DNA of 64,000 nt from Gemmatimonadota bacterium (GTDB lineage: Bacteria > Gemmatimonadota > Gemmatimonadetes > Gemmatimonadales > GWC2-71-9). Of this stretch, positions 51,489 through 60,673 are shown one piece after another; position 1 is the first letter of the stretch; every line of letters begins with the position of its first letter. A program made the position numbers and the translations under genes. The stretch lies in NCBI GenBank assembly GCA_003222035.1, contig QHUS01000050.1, positions 43,064 through 107,063 of the forward strand, read 5' to 3'. The notes beneath the pieces were generated by a model, which was given only the letters and a program-made list of their open reading frames with translations, did no database searches and had not been told where the DNA came from.

Positions 51489-52057
51489 GGTGCGCGCTTC
51501 ACATCGAGTACCAGGCGCGCCGGCCTCGCGAGCTCAGACACCCGATATGGAGCAGCTGCCGCAACGCCGAGCACCCATTCGACCTGCCCTTCGAAATCAC
51601 ACACCAGCTTCATCTCCTTGACGACTGGGAGGCCGACCGCGCGTTCCCGCTCCACGGGGAGCGGGCGGCCCGCTTCGTCGTGGGCCTGGGCGGGCGCGAA
51701 GCGGATCACGAGCAGCACTGGCCCTTCGAACTGCACTGGGTCTCCCGAGCCGCAGCGGCGCACCGGACCGTGCACGTACTCCGCATGGTATCCGGGCACA
51801 CTGTCACCTGTGAACGCGAAGACAATGCGGTCGTAAGCCTGGGTCGTGGTTGCCTCGATCCCGTGAAGGCCAGCGGCTCCGGCGCGCGTCGCCCTTATCC
51901 GATCGATCGGGGCAGTCGTGCCTGCGAAGGCCGTATCCTGGGGCGCCGGCGCTACCGCGGCCGGCCGGCCGGGCGGGGGAGGGGGGGTGGGGGGGGGCTC
52001 CCGCCGGCAGGCGCCGCCTGACAGCAGCACCATCGCGATTGCCGTGACGCGTGGCAT
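51485..52057 (-). CDS. lipoprotein with Pro-rich linker and AMIN-like domain
   Basis: Internal ATG (codon 85): MPRVTAIAMVLLSGGAC lipobox, PPPTPPPPPGRP linker, ending YRVSELARPARLVLDV (AMIN-like). Confidence 0.6.
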   Translation of the reverse strand: MPRVTAIAMVLLSGGACRREPPPTPPPPPGRPAAVAPAPQDTAFAGTTAPIDRIRATRAGAAGLHGIEATTTQAYDRIVFAFTGDSVPGYHAEYVHGPVRRCGSGDPVQFEGPVLLVIRFAPAQAHDEAGRPLPVERERAVGLPVVKEMKLVCDFEGQVEWVLGVAAAAPYRVSELARPARLVLDVKRAP

Positions 52058-52139
52058 GACTCGAGTTATACCCCTCGTGCGACACCTGGCCGCCTCGTCT
52101 TCCGTACGGATCCCATCTCTTTCCTTCATTGGGTCAACT

Positions 52140-52346
52140 ATGGCCAGGCCGCTCCTGCAGCTCGCCGCGCTCGGCGTCGCGGGTTTCGCTCTCTGGAAGA
52201 TCGGGTCCATTTTCCTGCTTCCGCTTCTCATGCTCCTCTTCAAAGTCGCGCTGCTCGTGGGGCTGGTCATGCTCGCGATCTGGTTCTTCAAGAAGAGCGA
52301 CAAGAACAAAGGGGATGCGACTCCCGGGAGCAGCGAGGCATCCTAA
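52140..52346 (+). CDS. small membrane protein (68 aa)
   Basis: Internal ATG (codon 75): MARPLLQLAALGVAGFALWKIGSIFLLPLLMLLFKVALLVGLVMLAIWFFKK, two TM helices. Confidence 0.5.
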   Translation: MARPLLQLAALGVAGFALWKIGSIFLLPLLMLLFKVALLVGLVMLAIWFFKKSDKNKGDATPGSSEAS

Positions 52347-52861
52347 GCGCCCTCTCCGGTAAGCACATCGCCGGGCGCCACGGCGCGGATCTGCCCCGGT
52401 TGGCCTGTGAGCAGGCGTCGATGGTAGTCCAACTGGCCCAGGTGGTAGGTGAAATGGGATATCAGGTGAATGAGATAGTCTCGCGTCGTCACCTGCAGTC
52501 CCTTCGGCGGGTCAGGGTACGGCCTGGCCAGGTCGCTGTCGCTCACCTGCGCCATGCCGCGTTCCACGGCGAGGAGCGCGGCGTCGATCTGCTGCAACAA
52601 CTCCGTTCGCTCCACATCGCGCAACGCGAACTCGGCATCCCGGTCGCGCAGGTAGCCGGTTCCGCCCAGCACGGTGCCGATGTAGTACTGGATGTTCCCA
52701 GCCAGGTGCAGCGCCAGGGTACCTGCTGAGTTGCTGATGCCGGGTGGCACGCGCCACACGTCGCCCTCGTCGCCGAACGACTCGATCTCTCGCCGCAGCG
52801 CTCGTAGGTCGCGTGCCAGGATCCCGGCGATCCAATCGCTTGCCTGCCGTTCCTTTTTCAT
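52343..52861 (-). CDS. DinB family protein (DinB_2-like)
   Basis: ALHLAGNIQYYIG ... HLISHFTYHLGQLDYHRRL. Confidence 0.8.
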   Translation of the reverse strand: MKKERQASDWIAGILARDLRALRREIESFGDEGDVWRVPPGISNSAGTLALHLAGNIQYYIGTVLGGTGYLRDRDAEFALRDVERTELLQQIDAALLAVERGMAQVSDSDLARPYPDPPKGLQVTTRDYLIHLISHFTYHLGQLDYHRRLLTGQPGQIRAVAPGDVLTGEGA

Positions 52862-52891
52862 TTCGCTGTCTCCGTTTTCGCGTGAGGCGGC

Positions 52892-53674
52892 TCACCCGCT
52901 GGCGCCGGTGTAGCGCTTGAGCGCCGCGCGCCACAACGCCCGTGCCAGCGTGAACGCCACTCCGGCTACGAGCGCGGCCGCCAGTGCGATCTCCGGCCGC
53001 AGCCGCCCTGTGAGAGCCGATGCCGGAATCGTCGTTGTCCAGGCGATCGGGATCAGGTACACGAACAAGAACCGGAGCGCCCCCGGGTACGCCGACACGG
53101 GATAGCGCGCCCCCTCGTACACCGCGTCGAACAGCACCGCGATGTTCTCGACCGACACGAACCAGAAGGCCAGGCTCATCAGCACGACCCAGATGGCGTA
53201 GACCACGACCGCGGCGGCGGCGAGCGTCACCACGAAGGCGCCCAGCTGCGCAAACGATGGCGCATGGTGCAATCGAACGAGCGCGTAGCCCGCGAGCCCG
53301 AGTCCCAGCACGATGTCCGCGAACCGCCAGATGTCGAGGTGGCGAAACGAAACGAACCCCTGAGCGTCCACCGGCTTCACGAGCACCAGGTCCAGACCGC
53401 CGCCCCGTACCTCCCCCGCGAGCCGCCCGATCCCCGGGCGCAACACCGCCTCGACCACGCCCGTGAGCGCGTTGAAGACGCCGAGCAGCACGACGATCTC
53501 CCAGTAATCCCAGCCACCGAGCGCACTGGTGTGCCGGAAGAAAAGCGCCAGCGTCAAGAGCGCCGTCGCCATGGAGAACAGGGTGCCGAGCACGCTCGCG
53601 ATGAAGTTGGCGCGATACTGGAGTTCCTCGGCGAGGTTGATACGCCAGAAGGCCCCGAGAAGCCGGCCGGTCAT
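52892..53674 (-). CDS. ABC-2 family transporter permease
   Basis: ATGA overlap with the upstream permease. MTGRLLGAFWRINLAEELQYRANF..., six hydrophobic helices. Confidence 0.8.
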   Translation of the reverse strand: MTGRLLGAFWRINLAEELQYRANFIASVLGTLFSMATALLTLALFFRHTSALGGWDYWEIVVLLGVFNALTGVVEAVLRPGIGRLAGEVRGGGLDLVLVKPVDAQGFVSFRHLDIWRFADIVLGLGLAGYALVRLHHAPSFAQLGAFVVTLAAAAVVVYAIWVVLMSLAFWFVSVENIAVLFDAVYEGARYPVSAYPGALRFLFVYLIPIAWTTTIPASALTGRLRPEIALAAALVAGVAFTLARALWRAALKRYTGASG

Positions 53675-54471
53675 CCCCCCACCGCCCCGTACTTCCGGAT
53701 CCCACGAGTCCATGCGATGCGGTACGCGAGGATCCAGATGCCGAGCCACACGACCTGCGATGCCAATCCGCGCAGCACGGCATCGCCGCCTTGCACGGCC
53801 CCCGTCAGAAGGTCCACCGGGAACGACAGCATGCCACGGAACCACAGCACGCCGGCGATGCCCGCGACGGCGGAGGGCAACAGGGCGAGCGGCGCGATCC
53901 GGCCGGCGAGAAACAGGGACACGCCCGCGTGCAGCTCCATGATCGCCGTGGCGCGCGTCGTCCAGAACGCCAGCAGGCCGGTGGTGAAGCTGATGAAGAA
54001 TCGCATCGCGGCAGCGAGCAGCACGGCCAGCGCGGTGAGCGCCAGGCGTCCGGGGTCGATCGACAAGCGGACCGCGGGCCACGCCGCCGCGCACAGGATC
54101 CACACGATCAGAATGACGCTCGCCGTGCGCGCCTTGTACGCGATGTTTTCCGCCACAGCCTCGTGTGCGGGGTGCAGCGGGCGCGCCAGGCGGTAGTTGA
54201 GCTCGCCCTCGCGGATCCACCGGTCCAGATACCACGAATCCCAGGCGATCGTGAGCTGATTGATGAGCATCACCGCGAAGAAGTAACGCGCGAAGTCGGC
54301 GCGCGCGTAGCCGCCCACGGAGCCGGCGCCTGCGATGGCCCACCAGATGCCGAGCGCGATTGCGGGCTCGGTCACCCCCCACAACAGCCACAGCACGATC
54401 GCCGCGCGATACTGGATGTCGACCAGCCAGGCGTTGCGGATCAAGGCGCCGTAGCGCCGCAGCCAGCTCAT
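53671..54471 (-). CDS. ABC-2 family transporter permease
   Basis: 4-nt overlap with the ATPase gene. MSWLRRYGALIRNAWLVDIQYRAAI..., six TM helices. Confidence 0.8.
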   Translation of the reverse strand: MSWLRRYGALIRNAWLVDIQYRAAIVLWLLWGVTEPAIALGIWWAIAGAGSVGGYARADFARYFFAVMLINQLTIAWDSWYLDRWIREGELNYRLARPLHPAHEAVAENIAYKARTASVILIVWILCAAAWPAVRLSIDPGRLALTALAVLLAAAMRFFISFTTGLLAFWTTRATAIMELHAGVSLFLAGRIAPLALLPSAVAGIAGVLWFRGMLSFPVDLLTGAVQGGDAVLRGLASQVVWLGIWILAYRIAWTRGIRKYGAVGG

Positions 54472-55475
54472 GCGTCCGCCTCCTCGAATCCCTGGGCGAA
54501 CGCGTGCCGGATGACTTCCTCGATCGGTGGATCCTCGATTGAAAGATCGGCCACGGGGAGCGCAGCGAGCAGCCGCGCGCTCGTCGCGGGGGCGTCCTCA
54601 CGGCGTACCTCGAGCACCGCGTTGGGAAAGTGGAAGGCCTTCACCTCGCCGAACACCGCCAGCGCGTCCGCGGTGACCCGGTTCCCATCGGTCCCCCCTA
54701 GCACCAGCTCGATCCGCTTCGTCCGCGCAATGCGTGCCACCAGCGCCTCGAGCGCCCCGTCGTACAGCAGCCGTCCCCGGTTGATCATCAGGACGCGCGA
54801 CGCGAGGGCTGTGACGTCCTGCATGTAGTGCGACGTGAGCAGGACTGTCGCATTGTGGCGACTGCGATACTCGATGAGGAAACGGCGGATGGCGTCCTGG
54901 GCGGTGACGTCGAGCCCCAGCGTCGGCTCGTCGAGAAACAAGAGCGGCGGGCTGTGCAGCAGGGATGCAGTCAGCTCGCACTTCATCCGCTCACCGAGCG
55001 AGAGCTGGCGTACCGGCTTCTGGAGTACGTCGCCGAGCTCGAGCAGTGAGACGAGCTCGGCGAGCCGTTCGCGGTACGCCCGCTCGGGGATATCGTAGAT
55101 CGCCCGGTTGAGCAGGAACGTCTCCTCGGGTGGCAGGTCCCAGACGAGCTGCTGTCGGTTGCCGAGCACCAGCGCGATCCGCCGCTTGAAGGCCGGTCCG
55201 CCGGTCCAGGGCACGAAATCCGCCACCCGCACCTGGCCGGCCGTCGGGTACAACAGGCCCGTGAGCATCTTGAGCGTCGTGGTCTTGCCGGCGCCGTTCG
55301 GTCCGAGGAAGGCGACGATCTCTCCGGGATCGATGCGGAAGGTCACGTCGCGCACCGCGTGCACCTCCCGGTAGCGAGGGCGCAGCAGCGCCCGCAGCGC
55401 TCCCTTGAGCCCCGGGTCGCGTACCTTCACGCGAAACGTCTTGCTGAGCTGCTCGGCGGTGACGACGGCTGGCAT
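54468..55475 (-). CDS. ABC transporter ATP-binding protein
   Basis: Walker A GPNGAGKTTT, signature LSLGERMKCEL, Walker B LLFLDEPTLGLD. Start taken at ATG 55475 (MPAVVTAEQLSKTF); GTG 55505 is possible. Confidence 0.88.
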   Translation of the reverse strand: MPAVVTAEQLSKTFRVKVRDPGLKGALRALLRPRYREVHAVRDVTFRIDPGEIVAFLGPNGAGKTTTLKMLTGLLYPTAGQVRVADFVPWTGGPAFKRRIALVLGNRQQLVWDLPPEETFLLNRAIYDIPERAYRERLAELVSLLELGDVLQKPVRQLSLGERMKCELTASLLHSPPLLFLDEPTLGLDVTAQDAIRRFLIEYRSRHNATVLLTSHYMQDVTALASRVLMINRGRLLYDGALEALVARIARTKRIELVLGGTDGNRVTADALAVFGEVKAFHFPNAVLEVRREDAPATSARLLAALPVADLSIEDPPIEEVIRHAFAQGFEEADA

Positions 55476-55601
55476 GGTGAAGAAATCTACCGTCGCGACG
55501 CTCACCGTCCGGCGCTACATTCCCTCCATGCTCCCCGCTACCCCCGCCTCCTCCGACCCCCGGCACTGACCTACTCGATCCGCCTCGCCACCGCCGCCGA
55601 C

Positions 55602-56075
55602 GTGAGTGCCCTCGCGCGTCATCGGGCAGAGATGTTTCGCGACATGGGACAGTTGTCCGACGACCTCTACGACACCCTGGTCGAGGCCTCGCGTGCGTAC
55701 TTCACCCAGGCGATCGCCGACGGACGCTACGTCGCCTGGGTGGCGGAGTCGCGGACGGCGCCCGGGCAGATCGTCGGGGGCGCGGGTATCCAGCTGCGCG
55801 AGCTGCTACCGCGACCCGGAGGGACGGGCGAACGGCTGCTGCGGGGGCCGCAGGGCCTGGTCGTCAACGTCTTCACCGAGCGGGCGTGGCGGCGCGGGGG
55901 CGTGGCCGCCGCGCTGATGCGGGAGCTGTTGCGCTGGTGTCAGAGCCACGGCATCGAGAGCCTCGTGCTGCACGCGTCGGACGAGGGGCGCCCCCTCTAC
56001 GAACGGATCGGCTTCAAGCACACGAACGAGATGCGATATGAGGGGGAGCGGGGAGGAGGGCCGGGGGAGGGGTGA
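55602..56075 (+). CDS. GNAT family N-acetyltransferase (5' end uncertain)
   Basis: Acetyl-CoA loop ERAWRRGGVAAALMREL and PLYERIGF. The first canonical start is GTG 55602, but GNAT-like sequence (YSIRLATAAD) continues upstream. Confidence 0.65.
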   Translation: MSALARHRAEMFRDMGQLSDDLYDTLVEASRAYFTQAIADGRYVAWVAESRTAPGQIVGGAGIQLRELLPRPGGTGERLLRGPQGLVVNVFTERAWRRGGVAAALMRELLRWCQSHGIESLVLHASDEGRPLYERIGFKHTNEMRYEGERGGGPGEG

Positions 56076-56090
56076 GGGGTCACGAGCGGT

Positions 56091-57185
56091 TCACCCCTGG
56101 CACCCCCGGATGAACGCGCTCTGCGTCCGGGCTTTGTCGTTGATGGTCTTGTAGAATTCGTCGTAGTACTCGAGCGCCTGTTCGACCCGCTTGGCTTCGA
56201 GCCCTTCCTTCTCCATATCGCGGTACAGGGTGTAGATCGCGTCCTTCCGTGCGTTGAACGGGGCGAACAGGAACGCCAGGTCCTGCGGCGTGCGGCACGT
56301 GCCGCGGAAGGTGCGCTCGCGCACCGTGTGGATGGTGAGGCTCGGGTCCGGCCGCGCATAGGGCGGCCAGATCACCCCGGACCAGTCGAAGTCGTACGGC
56401 ACGGGGTACACGGTGGTGCCCACCGAATCGCTGAGCAGCACGATGTTGTGCAGCGCCGACACCGCCCAGTCCGTGTTGCCGATCATGTACTCGAACACGG
56501 CCGTCAGACCCATCTGATCGGGCTCCAGCTCGGTCTGGGAGACGCCCTTTCGCTCGAGCACATTCGTGTGGTTGCGCCGGGCCATCCGATCGTCGTCCTC
56601 GACGAAAAAGCCGTAGCGCGTCTCGGACTCCCGTTTCCCGTTGGCGTCCAGGTAGGTCACGCGCGCGAGGCGCACCCGGAAGCTCAAGTCCGTGAGCAGA
56701 TTGTAGGTGCGGTAAATCAGGTACTCTTCGAGGAGGTAGTTTGCGTACGTTTGCCCCCCGCGGCACTGCACGACGAGCTTGACGCTGTTGCCCTGGTGGG
56801 CGAACACGGTCTTGGCCGCGCGCTCGCGATCGAACCCCACCTTGAGCGGGGGATACTGGCAGTTCGCGAGCCGGAAGTGACCGCGGGTGCGGAGCTGCAC
56901 ATCGAGCGCGATCGAATCGCCCGAGCCCGTCACGTACGAGATGACGCCGGGGACGTCCCGCTTGGTGCCGCTGCGCTGCTTGAAGATCGCCCCGAAGTCG
57001 GCCTTTAAAGTGAGCGCGAGCGGCTCCCCGGCATCGAACAGCCGGGCCTTACCCGACGTGGAGTCAGCGGGGGCCGCCGCAGTGCTCTGGGGATTCTGGG
57101 TGACGGCCGCACGCGTGGCGACGCACATCGCCGCTACGGCGGTGAGCGCGGCGCCGCACCCGCGCCTCACCCGATCGAAGGTCAC
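56091..57185 (-). CDS. exported conserved hypothetical protein
   Basis: GTG 57185 (or 57170) gives ...RRGCGAALTAVAAMCVATRAAV, a signal peptide. Mature part is well-composed (FEYMIGNTDWAVSALHN, YDFDWSG). No family recognised. Confidence 0.6.
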   Translation of the reverse strand: MTFDRVRRGCGAALTAVAAMCVATRAAVTQNPQSTAAAPADSTSGKARLFDAGEPLALTLKADFGAIFKQRSGTKRDVPGVISYVTGSGDSIALDVQLRTRGHFRLANCQYPPLKVGFDRERAAKTVFAHQGNSVKLVVQCRGGQTYANYLLEEYLIYRTYNLLTDLSFRVRLARVTYLDANGKRESETRYGFFVEDDDRMARRNHTNVLERKGVSQTELEPDQMGLTAVFEYMIGNTDWAVSALHNIVLLSDSVGTTVYPVPYDFDWSGVIWPPYARPDPSLTIHTVRERTFRGTCRTPQDLAFLFAPFNARKDAIYTLYRDMEKEGLEAKRVEQALEYYDEFYKTINDKARTQSAFIRGCQG

Positions 57186-57261
57186 CAGAGCAAGTTTACG
57201 GGTGAGCCGGAAGGCTCGCCAGCGGTGCGCGGTCGCATATTCTCGGGGCCCGGAGGTGTGC

Positions 57262-59022
57262 ATGGGTCGAATGACGCTGCCGGTCGTGCTCGCGACCGCG
57301 CTGGCGCCGGCCGCAGCCGGCACGGCCGGAGCGGTCCAGCGCGGCAGCTGGACGATGCCGGCCAACGACTACGCGTCCACGCGCTACAGCGACCTGCGCG
57401 AGATCACGCCCGCCAACGCGCCGCGCCTGCGGCCGGTGTGGACGTTCTCGACTGGCGTGCTGGGCGGGCACGAGGGACAGCCCCTCGTGGTCGACAACAC
57501 GATGTACGTTGTCACGCCCTATCCCAACGTGCTGTACGCGTTCGACCTCACGCGCGAGGGCTATCCTCTCAAATGGAAGTACCGCCCCCCGGTGGATCCG
57601 AACGCCCTCGGCATCGCCTGTTGTGACGCGATCAATCGGGGCGCGTTCTACGCGAGCGGCAAGATCGTGTACAACCTGCTCGACGGACACACGGTGGCCA
57701 TCGCCGCGGCGACCGGGAAGGAGCTGTGGCGGACCAGGATCGCCGACCTCTCTGAGGGCGAGACGACGCCCGTCGCGCCCCTCGTCGTCAAGGATCGCGT
57801 CATCGTCGGCGCCTCGGGCGGCGAGTTCGGCATCCATGGCTGGCTGAAAGGACTCGATCTCGAGACGGGCCGGATCGTCTGGACGGCGTACAACATCGGC
57901 CCGGACAGCGAGGTGCTCGCCCGGCCCGGTGTGTTCAAGCCGTTCTACGATCGCGGCGAAGAGCTGGCGCTCAGGAGCTGGCCGCCAGATGTGTGGCGCG
58001 CCGGTGGCGCACCGGTGTGGGGGTGGATGTCGTACGACGCGGACCTCGACCTGCTGTACTACGGCACCGGCAATCCGGCGCCGTACAATCCCGAGCAGCG
58101 CGCCGGCGACAACAAGTGGACGGCGAGCGTGCTGGCGCGGCGCCCGGAAGACGGAGCGCTGGTCTGGGCGTACCAGTTCACGCCGCACGACAGCTGGGAT
58201 TACGACGGCGTCGCGGAGATGATCCTCACCGACGTCGTGATCGGCGGCCGGCGGCGGAAAGCGCTCGTGCACTTCGACAAGAACGGCTTCGCCTACACCC
58301 TCGACCGTGTCACCGGCGAGGTGCTCGTGGCCCAGCCGTTCGTCGACGTCAACTGGGCGAAGCGCGTGGACCTCGCGACCGGGCGCCCGGTGATCGATTC
58401 GACGAAGCTGACAGGCGCGTCGCGAGGCAACATCAAGGACATCTGCCCTACCCTCGAAGGCGGGAAGACTCCTGCCGCACCGGCGGCCTACTCACCGCGC
58501 ACGGGACTGTTCTACCTGGCGACCAACAACATGTGCATGGACTATCAGGCGACGCGGGTGACGCGCATCGCCGGGACGCCGTTCATCGGCGCGAACACGC
58601 CCTACCACCCGGGCCCGGGTGGGAAGATGGGCGGGTTCATCGCGTGGGACGCGGCCGCCGGAAGGAGCGTGTGGCAAACTCCCGAGCCATACCCGGTATG
58701 GAGCGGCGCGCTCGTCACCGGCGGCGACGTCGCGTTCTACGGCACCCTCGACGGCTGGTTCAAGGCCGTCGATGCGAGGACGGGGAAAGCGCTGTGGCGG
58801 TTCAAGGTCGGCTCTGGTGTCGTCGGAAACCCGATCAGCTACGCGGGTCCCGACGGCAGGCAGTACGTGGCGGTGTACGCCGGCATCGGCGGCGACTGGT
58901 TCCTCCTGTCGGGAGACGTCCGCTCGGACGATCCCGCGGACGTGCGCCCGCCGGCGGATTTCATGCCGGACATCGCCCGGCACACGAGTCAGGGAGGTAT
59001 CGTGTGGATCTTCGGCCTGTAG
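57262..59022 (+). CDS. xoxF: XoxF-type PQQ-dependent methanol/alcohol dehydrogenase (lanthanide-type DYD motif)
   Basis: GGAGG Shine-Dalgarno and signal peptide. Vicinal Cys-Cys (57619-57624). TPHDSWDYDG with Asp two residues after the catalytic Asp (58198-58206). Eight-blade propeller W-motifs. Confidence 0.88.
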   Translation: MGRMTLPVVLATALAPAAAGTAGAVQRGSWTMPANDYASTRYSDLREITPANAPRLRPVWTFSTGVLGGHEGQPLVVDNTMYVVTPYPNVLYAFDLTREGYPLKWKYRPPVDPNALGIACCDAINRGAFYASGKIVYNLLDGHTVAIAAATGKELWRTRIADLSEGETTPVAPLVVKDRVIVGASGGEFGIHGWLKGLDLETGRIVWTAYNIGPDSEVLARPGVFKPFYDRGEELALRSWPPDVWRAGGAPVWGWMSYDADLDLLYYGTGNPAPYNPEQRAGDNKWTASVLARRPEDGALVWAYQFTPHDSWDYDGVAEMILTDVVIGGRRRKALVHFDKNGFAYTLDRVTGEVLVAQPFVDVNWAKRVDLATGRPVIDSTKLTGASRGNIKDICPTLEGGKTPAAPAAYSPRTGLFYLATNNMCMDYQATRVTRIAGTPFIGANTPYHPGPGGKMGGFIAWDAAAGRSVWQTPEPYPVWSGALVTGGDVAFYGTLDGWFKAVDARTGKALWRFKVGSGVVGNPISYAGPDGRQYVAVYAGIGGDWFLLSGDVRSDDPADVRPPADFMPDIARHTSQGGIVWIFGL

Positions 59023-59447
59023 TAGCGGTCGTCGCGCTCGTGGCCTGCGGCGGCCACCAGGAGGGCGCCCGGCCCGCGCCCGGACTGGAAGAACGGGTGC
59101 TCGCAGGCGGTGTGGCGCCGTCCGCTGGGACCACGGACATCGCGGCCGCGAATCCCTTTAAGGGAGATCGGCCGTCGGCCGCGGAAGGAGAGCGGACGTT
59201 CGCCGCCATGAACTGCGACGGCTGCCACGGCGGCGGGGCGGTGGGCTTCGTGGGCCCCAGCCTGCGGGACGGGCGGTGGCGGTACGGCGGCTCCGACGGG
59301 CAGATCTATCAGTCCATCTTCGCCGGCCGGCCGCGCGGCATGCCGGCGTACGGCGGCCTGCTGCCGGCCGGGGCCATCTGGAGGCTCGTGACGTACCTCC
59401 AATCGCTCGAGCCGCCACCGAACGTACCGACGGAGTCGTGGAGATAA
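59004..59447 (+). CDS. c-type cytochrome lipoprotein (XoxG-like)
   Basis: GTG start with GGGAGG Shine-Dalgarno inside the xoxF 3' end. VVAVVALVAC lipobox, heme site CDGCH, distal Met in RGMPAYGG. Confidence 0.8.
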   Translation: MDLRPVVAVVALVACGGHQEGARPAPGLEERVLAGGVAPSAGTTDIAAANPFKGDRPSAAEGERTFAAMNCDGCHGGGAVGFVGPSLRDGRWRYGGSDGQIYQSIFAGRPRGMPAYGGLLPAGAIWRLVTYLQSLEPPPNVPTESWR

Positions 59448-60583
59448 TGACGCGACTATTGGCCGGTGTCGGCGGTGCGGTGCTGCTCGCCGTGGTGCTA
59501 TGGGACGCGTTCGAGACGATCATCCTGCCGCGGCGCGTGAGCGGCCGGTTCCGCATCACCAGGTTGTTCTATCGCTCCACCTGGCGCCCCTGGCGCAGTA
59601 CCGCGCAGCTACTCTCCGGCCGCCGGCGCGATGCGTTCCTCTCGTTCTTCGGACCGCTTTCTTTGATTCTGCTGCTGGCGTTGTGGGCGGTGGGGATCGT
59701 GTTCGCGTTCGGGCTGCTGCAGTGGGCGGCGGGCTCGGCCCTCATCATGTCGGGAGGGGCGCCCGGCATCTGGTCTGACGTCTACATGAGTGGCACGACC
59801 TTCTTCACGCTCGGTTTGGGTGACGTGGCACCGCGGACGGCGCTGGCGAAGGCGCTCACCACGGCCGAAGCCGGCATGGGGTTCGCGTTTCTCGCAGTGG
59901 TCATCGGGTACTTTCCGGTGATCTATCAGGCGTTCTCCCGGCGCGAGGTGGCGATCTCGTTGCTCGACGCCCGCGCGGGCTCGCCGCCCAGCGCGTCGGA
60001 GCTCTTGTGGCGACACCGCGGCGACCCGGGCTGGACGGCCCTCGTCGAGCTGCTGCGGGACTGGGAGCGCTGGTCCGCCGACGTGCTCGAGAGTCACCTC
60101 TCGTATCCGGCGCTCGCCTATTTCCGGTCGCAACACCGCAACGAGTCATGGCTCGCCGCGCTCACTACCATACTCGACACCAGTGCCTTCGTGATCGTGG
60201 GGCTGGAGGGGTGGTGCGTGCGCCAGGCGGAGTTGACGTTCGCCATGGCGCGGCACGCCACCGTCGACCTGTCGCAGGTCTTCAACACGCCGCCGCAGCC
60301 CGTGGACGAGCGTCTGTCCCCGGTCCAGCTGGCCGCCCTGCAGGAACGCCTCGCGAGTGGCGGTATGAAGCTGCGGGAGCGCCCCGACTTCGAAGAGCGG
60401 CTCAAGGAATTGCGCCGCACGTACGAGCCGTATGTCACCGCGCTCGCTCGGTATCTCGCCGTGCCATTACCGCCCTGGGTGCGCGAGGTCGAGCGACCCG
60501 ACAACTGGCAGACGAGTGCCTGGGATCGCGTGGTGCGGTTGCCGGCCCGGAAGGAGCCACCCATAACAGAAGCACACTTTTAG
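59447..60583 (+). CDS. two-TM pore-loop potassium channel family protein with ~220-aa cytoplasmic domain
   Basis: TAATG overlap with the cytochrome gene. Pore signature TTFFTLGLGDV lies between two hydrophobic helices. Confidence 0.8.
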   Translation: MTRLLAGVGGAVLLAVVLWDAFETIILPRRVSGRFRITRLFYRSTWRPWRSTAQLLSGRRRDAFLSFFGPLSLILLLALWAVGIVFAFGLLQWAAGSALIMSGGAPGIWSDVYMSGTTFFTLGLGDVAPRTALAKALTTAEAGMGFAFLAVVIGYFPVIYQAFSRREVAISLLDARAGSPPSASELLWRHRGDPGWTALVELLRDWERWSADVLESHLSYPALAYFRSQHRNESWLAALTTILDTSAFVIVGLEGWCVRQAELTFAMARHATVDLSQVFNTPPQPVDERLSPVQLAALQERLASGGMKLRERPDFEERLKELRRTYEPYVTALARYLAVPLPPWVREVERPDNWQTSAWDRVVRLPARKEPPITEAHF

Positions 60584-60673
60584 GCGTGTCCGGGGCCGTC
60601 GGGAAGATTGCTGCACTGATTCGCCCGCGAAAACCGGATAGCGGCGCGCCTTCGCCCGGCGGTAGTCTCGGGA

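Noticed and set aside
51975-51997. G5-A-G7-T-G9 tract as a slipped-strand phase-variation switch (also C9 at 12469-12477 and G7-A-G8 at 2884-2899)
   Set aside because: The tracts encode Pro-rich linkers (PPPTPPPPP; DPPPP in ogt) or form part of a hairpin. Such runs are expected in a ~70% GC genome. There is no evidence of length heterogeneity from a single sequence.
57261-57264. Divergent start codons sharing CATG (xoxF ATG 57262 and a minus-strand ATG at 57263 for the 56091 gene)
   Set aside because: Starting the minus gene at 57263 adds ~30 non-hydrophobic residues before the signal peptide. GTG 57185/57170 gives a normal signal peptide, so the shared CATG is probably coincidental.
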